Shown here piece by piece: positions 11,201 to 24,200 of a stretch of 64,000 bases of DNA. The translations under genes and the position numbers were made by a program. Numbering within the stretch: position 1 is the stretch's first letter; each line of letters begins with the position of its first letter. A model generated the notes under the pieces. The model had not been told where the DNA came from. It ran no database searches and worked only from the letters and a program-made list of their open reading frames with translations. The stretch covers positions 186,001-250,000 of IMG/VR virus record IMGVR_UViG_3300027899_000001. One strand, written 5' to 3'.

Positions 11201-12249
11201 TCAGAATAACCATTAGGTGCAGGCAAAGCTAAACTATCAAATGTTAATGCAGAATCTCCAAAAATAGTTTTTAAATTATCAAGATTATATTCAATAGAAA
11301 GACAATCAACTTTAGAACGTTTAAATTGAATTCCCGGCTCAACATATTGAAGATTTATATTATAAATTCCAGATGCAATATATTCTGAACTATCAGTATA
11401 ATAATTATTATCATATGTTATTGGTAAATTTTCAAATGTCCACCACCAACCATTATTCCAGCTTCCTGTACTATTATCATATTGCATAGTATAGGTACTT
11501 ACATAATTAGTTACTGATAAACTTGAATCAGCTAAATCATAATAGGCAGTTATATCTAATGCATCTGGATGAGGTTTAAGATAAGATTCTCTTCCTAAAA
11601 TGTTTGTATTTCCATTGATTATTGATATGCCGTGTTTGTAATTATCATCTTCAACTTGTTTAAAATAAACTGGAGTTTGTCCAAAAGATGTAGGAACTAA
11701 AACATAAGTTTCGTTGTATGTTCCAAATGTATCAGTACGTACAGAACCGGCACTAATTTGACCAATGCATTTAACAACAGAATTATATCCTACTGAAGAA
11801 TCCGTATCAGTTTCTTCTTTCCAATATTTTCCAGCAGAAGTATCTATAGATGTCCAACGAATTGCGCCAGTTTCTTTTAACCATTTCCAAAATACTCTTT
11901 CAGAAATAGTTGTTTGTAATGAAGCGTTATAACTATTTTGACCTAATAAATTTGTTTCAAGGTTTAAAGCATAATTTTGAAAGGATTCGGCAACAATAAT
12001 TCTTCCATCTTTTATACTTGCACCAAACATTTCATACGCTCCCGGAATTGCAAGAACATTGAATCTATTTTGTTGCATATTATCAGGAGCATCAATAGAC
12101 GGAATATTCAACAAAGCAAAATGAGACATTTTAACAATGTTATTACGTTCATTGATGTTTAATCCAATGTCTTCAAGCGCAGAACTAAAAGTATAAATAG
12201 TTCCTCCTTGAGTTCGCATTCTTTTAACAAATGGTGTTATAGTTGCCAT
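8224..12249 (-). CDS. Tail-fibre-like protein: globular N-terminal domain plus repeated stalk, 1341 aa
   Basis: N-terminus MATITPFVKRMRTQGGTIYTFSSALED; coiled coil near residues 450-500; repeated KxYVDxSLxxRDxSI and YIPNASL..W.GGYLEPS units; LTGGTLTGNLTI fibre motif near the C-terminus. Confidence 0.65.
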   Translation of the reverse strand: MATITPFVKRMRTQGGTIYTFSSALEDIGLNINERNNIVKMSHFALLNIPSIDAPDNMQQNRFNVLAIPGAYEMFGASIKDGRIIVAESFQNYALNLETNLLGQNSYNASLQTTISERVFWKWLKETGAIRWTSIDTSAGKYWKEETDTDSSVGYNSVVKCIGQISAGSVRTDTFGTYNETYVLVPTSFGQTPVYFKQVEDDNYKHGISIINGNTNILGRESYLKPHPDALDITAYYDLADSSLSVTNYVSTYTMQYDNSTGSWNNGWWWTFENLPITYDNNYYTDSSEYIASGIYNINLQYVEPGIQFKRSKVDCLSIEYNLDNLKTIFGDSALTFDSLALPAPNGYSEDDAFDFNAIMIYYSVYNKALDTVLATNLLGVLFLDPPSGNTQNYPLNEITLPSITKLQSGPSGFGTSYSFRLNIKSDYMLDDTQAIVTDTTSSQEILTDFSQVFDSLNKTLVILNQQTGTISYITEQYLDITANQTEIENQISDLQYQINTGTLGISGTPNAIPMFSNNGKTLVDCSIYMKYGNLGFFTNNPLYPAQFDVSVKIKDLILENAIRDTSGNVLLEYGSPLQFGSKTNDRGITFYSGSITPYLTIGDGSISFEVPVVFNAGYTGAGSGGDVSKAYVDAQDNYIKAAYIPSASLGVGLLWNNGYLDACAGGSGGSSYATFSYVDASLLIRDASISLIKATYIPNASLNVSYFKWVGGYLEPSSLSGGVTKAYVDSSLLVRDVSMVYINTRRVITETSVGTLTARANNTDASIILIKATYVPSASIGAGFSWNTGNNTWYVDVSLPAGGVTIGYVDGSLASRDALIAASEVSINKLDASTKYWKPYTDGSLSIRDASIVLIKATYIPNASLNVSYFTWVGGYLEPSISGSGTTKVYVDGSLSLRDVSIANVKLYVDASLLVRDITIASLASTKANLLDPQLTGTPRSVTNANPYDASTQIATNQFVQTRVSILDTSISYLNTRGIVQDSSIGTLTTKLNTADASLYTLTLRHNTTEVSVGTLTVKLNSTDASIIYIKGIYIPNTSLGTGFYWSGGYLNASAGAGGGTGDVTKVYVDGSLLVRDIRIAAIEASLNDTTNADILYHRKLYVDSSLSIRDTSISNLSKKSVSSDASIVLVKATYLANSSLGSGFAWVGNQVIVDVSTVAGGVSKAYVDSSLLTRDVSIATLSLKISTNDTSTSTLTIRVNTTDASLATVRATYIPNASLNTSKFKWVAGILEPSIASPDVTKAYTDGSLGFRDTSISNLSTTKLNLTGGTLTGNLTINSSLFVQGDISVNRVRIGSFTLEPSGTSGLVFRSATTGLKLMYLDSSGNMLIRSNIVAYAGI
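8480..10370 (-). repeat. Imperfect coding repeats YVDxSLxxRDxSI...KATYIPNASL...W.GGYL
   Basis: Visible in protein and DNA, e.g. near-identical ~100-nt blocks at ~9610-9715 and ~10095-10200. Confidence 0.8.
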
Positions 12250-12260
12250 ATTATAATTCT

Positions 12261-12274
12261 TTTATTTTATATAT
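12261..12274 (-). promoter_or_regulatory. Putative late promoter motif (copy 2)
   Basis: GAATATATAAAATAAA just upstream of the ATG at 12249. Confidence 0.6.
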
Positions 12275-12288
12275 TCGATATTTTGATA

Positions 12289-15200
12289 TTATTCATTTAT
12301 GTAATATTTAAATGTTGCGCCTGCAGTATTAAATATGGATACTAAACTAGTTAAATGAGTATTCATTGAAGAATCTGTGGGAATCGAATTAGTTCCTTTA
12401 GATAAATTCAAAGTTAGTGAATTATAACTTGCAGGATTATGTGCAGTAAACCAAGTGTCTAATTTAGTAAGTACATCATCTACAGTAAATAAGTCTAGCC
12501 CACAACCAGAAGCATCAATTGTATCAAATCTACCCGCAAATGCAGGAAATAATATTCTTGTAAGATTTGGATTATTATGAACATTCATATAATTATTTAT
12601 ATTTGTCAATCCTGAAATATCTAATGTTCCTGTTAAATTACAATCCCATGCATTAAAATATTCCATATCTTGCGCTGAAGAATGAAATAAAATTTCTGTG
12701 AGATTTGGATTATTTTGAACTTCAAAATCGAAGCCTAATCTTTTAATTGGACGAAGATCTAATGTGTCAGTTAAATTACAACTCCACGCATTAAAATAAT
12801 CAAAAAGAGCATTTGTGCTTGCACAAATTATTTGTGTAAGTTTTGGATTATCATAAACTTCAAAATCTTCTAAAATAGAAAGAGTAGATACATCTAAAAC
12901 TCCAACTAAATTATCAGCATCCATATATAAATATCGTATAGATGCTGGACCGCTAGTAGTACCATTATACACATTAACTATCTTATTTCCTGGCGATGAA
13001 TATGAATGACTAAAACTATTTGCATTTTGTGTTGTCAAGTCTCCTAAATCCCAACTAAGAGTTCCAGAGGAAACTGTAACATTTGGATCAAATGCATTTG
13101 TAGAAGCTTCAGTTGTAAAACTTAAAAATCCAATAGGTGCTACACTTTCACAATTAACAATTATAGTTAACAGCCAACTAGCATTTGTAAATATAGATTG
13201 TAAATTAACTATATCCGAATTATACATACAATCAGTTGGTCCAGAACCTCTTCCACATGAAACATCAATATACAATTCACCTACAGGAGTATTTAAACTA
13301 AACCACGTATTAAGTTTAGCAAATATATCATCCATTGTGCTTGTATTTAATGAACAATTATGAACATCAAATGTATTAAAATGTTGATTTATTGTAGGCA
13401 ATAATATAGATGTAAGATTTGGATTATTGTAAACTTCAAAATATCCACTTAAATTTGTAAGTCCTGAAACATCTAAAGTTCCAGTTAAATTACAATCATA
13501 AGCATAATATCCTGTAAATACTTGAGACGAAACAGGATTAAGTATCTTAGTAAGATTTGAGTTAGAATCAACATCAAATTCTCCGCCTAATCCTGTAAGT
13601 CCTGTTAAATCCAAAGTTCCATTAAGACTACAATCATGCGCATAATACCAATTAAATACTTCAGATGAAATTGGATTAAGTATAGAAGTAAGATTTGGAT
13701 TAGTATCAACATCAAAATATCCACCTAATCCTGTAAGTCCTGATACATCTAGAGTTCCTATTAAATCAGACTGATATGCATAGTAAAAATTTGAAGCAAA
13801 CGATTGAGATGAAACTGGATTAATTATTGTATTAAGACTAGGATTAATAGCAGCTCTAAATTGATTTAAATTAGTAAGATTTGAAAGATCTAAAGTTCCT
13901 ACTACACCAGCATTTTCATTTAAATCAAATCCAGTGACATCGGTTGATCCTGCAGTTGTTCCTGGTAATAATCTAACATGTTTATCTCCAGGAAGAGAAT
14001 AAATATATTCAAAATTATTAAAATTCATATAAGTTGTATCTCCCATATCTGTTTCAACTGTTCCGCTTGAAGTAGTATATGCAAACCAAATATCATATGT
14101 ATGATATAAAGTACCATATGCATTAGTAGTAAATTCTACCATAGGTGCAAGATTAATATGAATTAAAAGACCTTGTCCCCAATTAGAAAATATAGTTTGT
14201 AAATTTACTATATTTGTATTAGACCATTCAGCTGTTGGAGGAGAATTAGTTCCTCTTTCTGCGTGAATTTCTAAACTTTGTGTAGGGCCATTAAGAGTAT
14301 ACCATGCGTCTAATTTTGCAAATATATCATCTATTGTAAATAAATCTAAAGCACAATTATGAACATCAAAAACTGAAAATTGCTGATTTATTGTAGGTAA
14401 CAATATAGTTGTAAGATTTGGATTATCATAAACATGAAATTGTTCGCTTAAATTAATAAGATTAGATACATCTAATGTTCCATTAAGACTACAATTATAT
14501 GCATAATAATTTGTAAATACTTGAGATGAATCTGGATTAAGTATCTGAGTAAGATTTGGATTACCACTAACAAGAAATTGTCCACCTAATCCTGTAAGTC
14601 CTGTTAAATTTAAAGTTCCAGTTAAATTACAATTAGTTGCCCAGTAATTTACAAACACCTGAGATGAAACAGGATTAAGTATCTGTGTAAGATTTGGGTT
14701 AGTATAAACAAGAAATTGTTCGCCCAATCCTGTAAGTCCTGAAACATCTAAAGTTCCAGTTAAATTACAATCATATGCATAATAAGCTACAAATACTTGA
14801 GATGATACGGGGTTAAGTATTTGTGTAAGATTTGGATTACCACTAACACGAAATTGTCCACCTAATCCTGTAAGTCCTAATACATCTAAAGTTCCATTAA
14901 GACTACAATCATACGCAGCATAATAGTCAAACGCTTGAGATGAATCTGGATTAATTATTTGAGTAAGATTTGGATTATTATTAACATCAAAATATCCGCC
15001 TAACCCTGTAAGTCCCGAAACATTTAAAGTTCCAGTTAAATTATTATTATTCGCATAATATGTACTAAATATTTGAGAAGATGTTGGATTAATTATTTTT
15101 GTAAGATCGTGATTTGTTACAATATTCACATATTGTAAATTAATCAAACATGAAATATCTAAAACACCTATGATACTATCTGTTCCTACTGTAACTTGCC

Positions 15201-18200
15201 AAACATCTTCTGGCCCATTAGCTGTTCCCGGCCACACATTAATTGTTTTATTTCCTGGATTAGCATAAATATGATTTATTACATTTGCATCTACTGAAGT
15301 AGAAGTATCACCTAAATCCCAATTAAGTGTTCCATAGACTGAAAAATTAGTACTAAATGCATTTGTTGAAGCATTAGTTCTAAATTGTAAAAATCCTACT
15401 GATGGTTCTGCACAATTTATATAACAAGTAAACGTTCTACCTGCTACTGTAAAGATAGATTGTAAATTATCTATATTTATATTATTCCAACAATCTGTAG
15501 GAGGCGAGTTAGTTCCACCAGCAACATTAATTTCTAAGTTTTGTGTTGGAGGATTAATACTATAATATGCATCCATTTTAGCAAATATATCATCAACAGT
15601 AAATAAATCTAATGCACAATTATCAGCATAAAAATTAATAAATTCTTGATTTATTGTTGGCAATAATATAGTTGTAAGATTTGGATTTTGGCTAGCTGCA
15701 AATTGACCACCTAATTCTGTAAGTCCTGATACATCTAATGTTCCTGTTAAATTACATTGATACACACTAAAATTTTCAAATATTTGAGATGAAACAGGAT
15801 AAAATATTTGTGTAAGAAGAGGATTATTGTATGCCTGAAACGTTCCACCCAATCCTGTAAGTCCTGTAAGATCTAAAATTCCAGTTAAATCACAATTATA
15901 TACAACATAATGTGTAAATATTTCTGATGAAATTGGATTAAGTATTTGATTAAGACTTGGATTATTATTAATAAAAAACGTGCCGCTTAATCTAGTAAGT
16001 CCCGAAACGTCTAATGTTCCTGTTAAATTACAATTATATGCCTGATACCCAGTAAATACTTGTGATGAATCTGGATTAAGTATATGAGTTAAATTTGGAT
16101 TATTATAAACATAAAAATTTCCTCCCAATCCAGTAAGTCCTCGTAAATCTAAAGTATCTGTTATATTACAGCCCGTTGCACCGTAATATGTAAATATTTC
16201 AGATGAATTAGGATTAAGTATTGTATTAAGATTTGAATTACCACTAACCCAAAATCCGCCTCCTAATCCCGTTAGTCCTGAAACATCTAAAATTCCATTA
16301 AGACTACAATTATATGCATAATAATTTGTAAATATCTGTGATGAAACTGGATTAAGTATTTGTGTAAGATTTGGATTATTATTAATATAAAAATTTCCAG
16401 CTAATCCAGTAAGTCCTCTTAAATCTAAAGTTCCAGTTAAATTACAATTCTGCGCATAATAAGTTGTAAACACCTGAGATGAATCTGGATTAAGTATTTG
16501 TGTAAGATTTGGATTATTATAAACCCAAAAATCTGTACCTAATCCTGTAAGTCCAGAAACATCTAGAGTTTCAGTTAAATTACAATCATACGCATAATAA
16601 GTAGTAAATATTTGAGATGAAACGGGATTAAATATATGAGTTAAATTTGCATTACTACCTACATCAAAATATCCACCTAATCCCGTGAGTCCTGAAACAT
16701 CTAAAGTTTCAGTTAAATCGCAGCCAGATGCAGAATAACTAGTAAATACTGTAGATGAAACAGGATTAATTATTTTAGTAAGACTTGGATTACCATCAAC
16801 TCGAAGTTGCCATAAGTTATTAAGTGAAGAAACATCTAAAATCCCAGTTAAATAATCAAACCATAATACTATAACTCTTAATCCACTACTTCCATCAGTT
16901 GTTCCCGGATAGACATTAATAGTTTTGTTTCCAGAATTAGTATATGTATGAGTAAAATTATTTGAATTTACATTATTTGATGCATCACCTAAATTAGAAT
17001 TAAGAATTCCTGACCAAACACCAAACTGTAATGCAATTTCATATGCGGGAGGAGCATTAGTTGTAAAACGTAAAAATCCTACTGATGGCTCTGGATTACA
17101 ATTTATATAATATGTAAATGTTTGTCCTGCTCCAGTAAATATAGATTCTAGATGAACTATATTAGCATTCATTGAACAATCTGTAGGTGCTGCATTAGTT
17201 CCACCTGCTAGATTAACATATAACCCGTTAGAAGGAGAGTTACTAGTAAACCACGTATCTAATTTTGTAAATATATCATCTACAGTAAATAAATCTAAAG
17301 CACAGTTATTTCCATTTATATAAGTAAATGGCATATTAAGAGTAGGTAATAATAATGTATTAAGATTTATATTATCGCTAAATAATAAATAATCGCTTAA
17401 ATTTATAAATCCAGATACATCTAATATTCCAGTTATATTACAATTATCTATTAAATATGAAGTAACAATTTCTGAAGAAGTTGGATTAAGTACACTAGTT
17501 AAATTTGAATTATAATTAAGATAAATGTCTCCGCCTAATCTAGTTAATCCTCTTAAATCTAAAGTATCAGTTAAATTACAATTACCTACATCATACATTG
17601 TAAATACTTGAGATGAATTAGGATTAAGTACTGATGTAAGATGTAAATTATTATAAACTTCAAAATCTCCACCTAATCCTGTAAGGCCTGATACATCTAG
17701 AATTCCAGTTAAATCACAATTATATGCATAATAATTTGTAAAAATTTGAGAAGAAGTTGGATTAAGTATCTGTGTAAGATTAGGATTAGTATGAACTTCA
17801 AAATCTCCACCTAATCCTGTAAGTCCTGTTAAATCTAAAGTTCCAGTTAGATTACATAGTTGTGCCCAATATCCTTGATCAAAGACTTGAGATGAATTCG
17901 GATTAAGTATATGCGTAAGATTAGGATTATCATCAGCATCAAATCCCGAACCTAATCCAGTAAGTCCCGTTAAATCTAACGTATCAGTAAGATCACAACT
18001 ATATACCCAATATCCTTGATCAAAGACTTGAGACGAATTCGGATTAAGTATATGTGTAAGAAGCGGGTTACTGTCAGCATCAAAATATCCTCCTAATCCT
18101 GTAAGTCCAGAAACATCCAATGTTCCAGTAATATTAGAATTGTATACATCATACGTTGTAAATATTTGTGATGAAACTGGATTAAGTACTCGTGTAAGAT

Positions 18201-21200
18201 TAGAATTATTACCTACTTCAAATGTTCCTCCTAAGCCTGTAAGTCCTGAAACATCTAAAGTTCCAGTTAAATCGCAATTAACAGCTCGATATCTTGTATA
18301 TGCTTGTGATGAAACAGGATTGATTATTTTATTAAGACTTGGATCATTAGCAGTATAAAAATCAGTTAAATTGGTGAGACAAGAAATATCTAAAGTTCCG
18401 ACTATACCACTATAATCATATAATTGCATAGCTGTAATATCAGCACTTCCATTTGTTGTTCCTTTACTTAATATAACAGTTTTATCTCCAGCAAGAGAAT
18501 AAGTATAATCAAAATTATTAGAATCTCTTGTATTACTATCACCTAAATCCCAATGAAGTGTTCCCGAGGAAACTGTAAAATTAAAGTAAACATCAAATGG
18601 ATAATAAACAGTTCCATATGCATTTGTAACAAATCTTAAAATTTCACCAGCATCACAATTTATATAATATATAAAGGTTCTTCCTGCACTATTAAATAAT
18701 GATGTTAAATGAACTATATTAGTATTTAATTCGCAATCTGTTGGCGACGTGTTAGTACCATCTGCAACATTAATTTCTAAATTTTGAGTAGGCGGATTAC
18801 TACTATAATAAGTATCAAATTTTGCAAATATATCATCTACAGTAAATAAATCTAAAGCACAATTATTTGCGTTAAAAAATGTAAATTCATTATTTATTGT
18901 AGGTAATAATATAGTTGTAAGATTTACATTATTTTCAACTCTAATTCTATTGCTTAATCCTGTAAGTCCAGATACATCTAGTATGCCAGTTAAATTATTA
19001 TCATTTACATCATATTCTGTGAATACTTGTGATGAAACTGGATTAAGTATTTGAGTGAGAAGCGGATTTACTGTAATTTCTAAATCTCCTCCTAATCCTG
19101 TAAGTCCTCTTAAATCTAAAGTATCTGTTAAATTACAATAATTAGCTAAATAATATGAAAAAGGCTGCGATGAATCGGGATTAAGTATATGTGTAAGATT
19201 TGGATTACGAGTAACACTAAATTGAAAAGCTAAACCTGTAAGTCCAGAAATATCTAACGTTCCTGTTAAATTATTCCATGGACAATAATATCCTGAACTA
19301 ATTACATTAGAAGTAATTGGATTAATTATTTGATTTAAGCTTGGGCAATAAGCAACTTGAATATAATCATTTATACCTATAAGATTAGATAAATTTAAAG
19401 TTCCAACTATATTATTTTCATAAAAATCAACTGCACTTATTGCACTGTATCCGCTAGTAGTTCCGTTATATACTTTAACAGTTTTATCTCCTGTTGATGC
19501 GTAAGTATGAGAAAATGTATTTGCATTTACATTATTAGATGCATCACCTAAATCCCAGTTAAGAATACCTGAATATGTGGATAAACTTGGCTGAAATGTA
19601 TGAGTTGAAGAGTTAGTTATAAATTCAAATATAAGATCGCAATTTATATAATATGTGAATGTATGGCCTGCACTATTGAATACTGATGTTAAATGAACTA
19701 TATTAGCATTCATTGAACAATCAGTAGGAGGAGAATTGGTTCCTCCTGCAACATCAATAGTTAAATTTTGTGTAGGAGTATTACTACTATACCAAGTATC
19801 CATTTTTGCAAATATATCATCAACTGTAAATAAATCTAAAGCACAATTGTTAGCAAGTAAAACAACATATTCTCTATTTACAGTAGGAAAAAGTACAGTT
19901 GTAAGATTTGGATTATCATTAATATTAACCCATCCGCCTAATCCTGTAAGTCCTGATAGATCTAAAGTTCCAGTTAAATTACAATAAGATACTATATATT
20001 CTATAAATACCTGAGATGAAACAGGATTAAGTATTTCAGTAAGATTATAATTACTATCAACTCGAAAATCTCCGCCTAAACCAGTAAGTCCTCTTAGATC
20101 TAATGTTCCTGTTAAATTATTATTATCTAGCCAATAAAGTGTAAATACTTGAGATGAATTTGGATTAAGTATTTTAGTAAGGTTATAATTATTATCAATT
20201 TGAAAATATCCGCCTAATCCCGTAAGCCCTGATACATCTAAAGTATCAGTTAAATTACAACCTTGTGCCATATAGTTTGTAAATATAGTAGATGAAACCG
20301 GATTAAGCACATGTGTAAGATTTGAATTAAAATTAACATTAAAATAACTTAAATTAACGAAACTTGAAATATCTAATGTGTTTATTACACCATCTGTATC
20401 TATAAAAACTCCACTAACGTCTATTGCGCCACTAGTTGTTCCTGGATATACCTTTACAGTTTTATTACCAAAATTAACATATGTATGATTAATACTATTT
20501 GCATTTACATTATTAGATGCATCGCCCAAATCCCAATTAAGTGTTCCAGAAGGACCTGTAAAATTAGCTGAAAGAGGCCCTGAATAAGCATAAGTTGTAA
20601 AAGTTAAAAATGGTTCTTGGGCTGGTGAAGTGCAATTTATAGCATATGTAAATGTTTGTCCATATAATAAGAATTGTGCTTCAAGACTAACAATATTCGC
20701 ATTTAAAGAACAGTCTGTTGGTCCAGCATTTTTTGTTCCTGACATATTAACATTTAATGGTCCTGTAGGAGGATTACTTAAATAATATGCATCTAATTTT
20801 GCAAATATACTGTCTGCAGTAGCCGTATTTATAGAACAATCTTGAACGTTGAATTGATCAAATGGCTGTGAAAATACTGTTGGAAAAATTATAACATTAA
20901 GATTAGGATTATTTGCAAGTGAAAAATATCCACCTAATCCGGAAAGGCCAGAAAGATCTAATGTTCCAGTTAAATCACAATTATACGCTTCATATTGAGA
21001 AAATACCTGAGATGAAACTGGATTAAGTATTTGAGTAAGACCATAATTACCGCTAGCCCAAAATGATCCTCCTAATCCTGTAAGTCCCGAGACATCTAAA
21101 ATTCCAGTTAAATTATTATCATTTACGTGATAATAGTTAAATACTTGTGAAGAAACAGGATTAAGTATTTCAGGAAGACTAAAATTATACGCAATATCAA

Positions 21201-24200
21201 CATAATTACCTAATCCAGTAAGTCCTCTTAAATCTAAAGTATTAGTTAATCCTGACATTATTATTTGATAATATGAAAATACTTGAGATGAATTAGGATT
21301 AAGTATTTCAGTAAGATTATAGTTATTATCACACTGAAATCCTCCACCTAATCCAGTGAGACCTGTTAAATCTAAAGTTCCAATTAAATTACAATTACTT
21401 ACAGAATAAGTTGTAAATATTTCAGACGAAACTGGATTAAGTATAGATGTAAGATTTGCATTGTCATCAACTATAAAATTTCCACCTAATCCAGTAAGTC
21501 CTGAAATATCTAAAATATCAGTTAAATTACAACCAGATACAGCATATTGTGTAAATATCTGAGATGAAACTGGATTAATTATCTGTGTAAGATACGGATT
21601 ACTATAAATATTAAATATTCCACCTAAATTACTAAGACTTGATATGTCTAAAGTTCCAGTTAAATTATCATTATTCATATCAATTTGAATAATACTTGTA
21701 TTTCCTGATGTTGTTCCTGCATATACATTAACAGTTTTATTTCCTGCACTTGTATATGTATGTTCAAAACTATTTGAATTTAATATTGATCCATCACCTA
21801 AATCCCAATTAAGAATTCCCGAAGAAGTTGTGAATGTTGGATCAAATGCATCCGTTGAAGCATTAGTAGTAAATTCAAGTATTTTAACAGGTGGCGTGCA
21901 ATCACTATTTATGTAATAAGTAAATGTTTGTCCTGCTCCAGTAAATATAGATTCAAGATGAACTATATTAGCATTCATAGAGCAATCTGTAGGTGCTGCA
22001 TTAGTACCTCCAGCAGTATTAATAGTTAAATCTTGTGTAGGTGTATTACTGCTATACCATGTATCTAATTTTGCAAATATATCATCAACTGTAAATAAAT
22101 TTAATGAACAATTATTAGCACGAAAATGTATAAATTCTTGATTTATTGTAGGTAATAATATAGTTGTAAGATTAAGATTATTATTAATATACATCCGCCC
22201 TCCTAAACCAGTAAGTCCAGATACATCTAATGTTCCAGTTAAATTACAGCTTTCAGCAGTATAATATGTAAATACTTGAGATGAATCTGGATTAAGTATC
22301 TGAATTAAATTTTGATTACCATCAACATTGAAATCTCCACCTAATCCTGTAAGTCCTCTTAAATCTAAAGTTCCATTAAGACTGCAATCATATGCATAAT
22401 AAAATGTAAATATTTGAGATGAAATTGGATTAAGTATATGTGTAAGATTTGGATTATTATTAACAATAAATTCTCCACCCAATCCAGTAAGTGACGATAT
22501 ATCTAAAGTTCCAATTAAATTACAATTATTTGCATAATAAGCTACAAATACTTGAGATGAAATTGGGTTAAGTATTGAAGTAAGATTTGGGTTAGTAGTG
22601 ACTTCAAAATCTCCACCTAATCCCGTAAGTCCTCTTAAGTCTAAAGTATCTGTTAAATCACAATTATATGCATAATAAGTATTAAATATTTGAGATGAAA
22701 TCGGATTAAGTATTGATGTAAGATTAGGATTACTATCAACATCAAAATAATTTAAATTTATAAGACTCGAAATATCTAATGTTCCTACTAAATTATCAGT
22801 ATTTATATCAATTTCAGTAATTCCTGTACTTCCTGATGTTGTTCCACTATACACATTTACAGTTTTATTTCCAACGCTTGTATATGTGTGTGTAAAATTA
22901 TTTGAATTTAATGTTGAGCCATCTCCTAAGTTCCAGTTGAGTGTCCCGGATGAAGTAGTAAATGTTGGATCAAATGCCAATGTTGAAGCATTAGTAGTAA
23001 ACTGAAGTACTTTTGCTCCAACAGGAACACTACCACAACTAGCATTAATATAAATATTTAAAGTTCTTCCGGCACTAGTAAATATAGATCGTAAATTAAC
23101 TATGTCTGTATTATCCCAACAATTTGTCGGTGCTGCATTAGTTCCGCCAATAGTATTTATTGTTAGATTACCAGTAGGAGTATTACTGCTATAATAAGTA
23201 TTAAATTTTGTAAATATATTATCTACTGTAAATTGATCTAATGCACATACACTTACATCAAATGATGTAAATTGTCTATTAATTGTAGGTAAAAGTATTC
23301 TTGATAAATTTGTATTATTTCCAGCTCTAAATACACCGCCCAAATTAATTAATCCTGAAACATCTAAAGTTCCATTTAAGCTACAATTATTTACATAATA
23401 ATTTGTAAATACTTGTGTTGAATTAGGATTAAGTATTTGTGTAAGATTTGGATTATATCGAGCTAAAAATTGTCCACCTAAACCTGTAAGTCCTCTTAAA
23501 TCTAATGTTCCAGTTAAATTACAATCACGTACAGTATATAGTGTAAATAGTCGTGATGAAACTGGATTAAGTATTTGTGTAAGATTTGACTGAGCAGAAG
23601 TTGCAAATGATCCACCTAATCCCGTAAGTCCCGAAACATCTAAAGTTCCATTAAGACTACAATTTTGTACACTATATGCTATAAAATTTTGAGATGAAAC
23701 AGGATTAAGTATCGATGTAAGATTTGGATTATTATCAACAGTAAAAACTCCTCCTAATCCTGTAAGTCCTTTTAAATCTAATGTTCCTGTTAAATTACAA
23801 TCATTTACTTGATAAACCGAAAATGTTCGTGATGTAGTAGGATTAAGTACATTAGTAAGATTTGGATTACTATAAACTATAAGTTGTCCACCAAAGTTTG
23901 TAAGTCCTGAAATATCTAATACTCCATTAAGACTGCAATTATATGCATAATAATTTGTAAATATTTGAGAAGAAACCGGATTAAGTATTTTAGTAAGTTT
24001 ACTATTATTATATACCAAAAATTGTCCTCCTAATCCTGTAAGTCCTGAAACATCTAAAGTTCCAGTTAAACTACAATCATATGCATGATAAGTAGTAAAT
24101 GCTTGTGATGAAACAGGATTAACTATTTGTGTAAGAAGTGAATTACCATAAACAGAAAAAGCTCCACCTAAATTGCTAAGACTTGATATATCTAAAATTC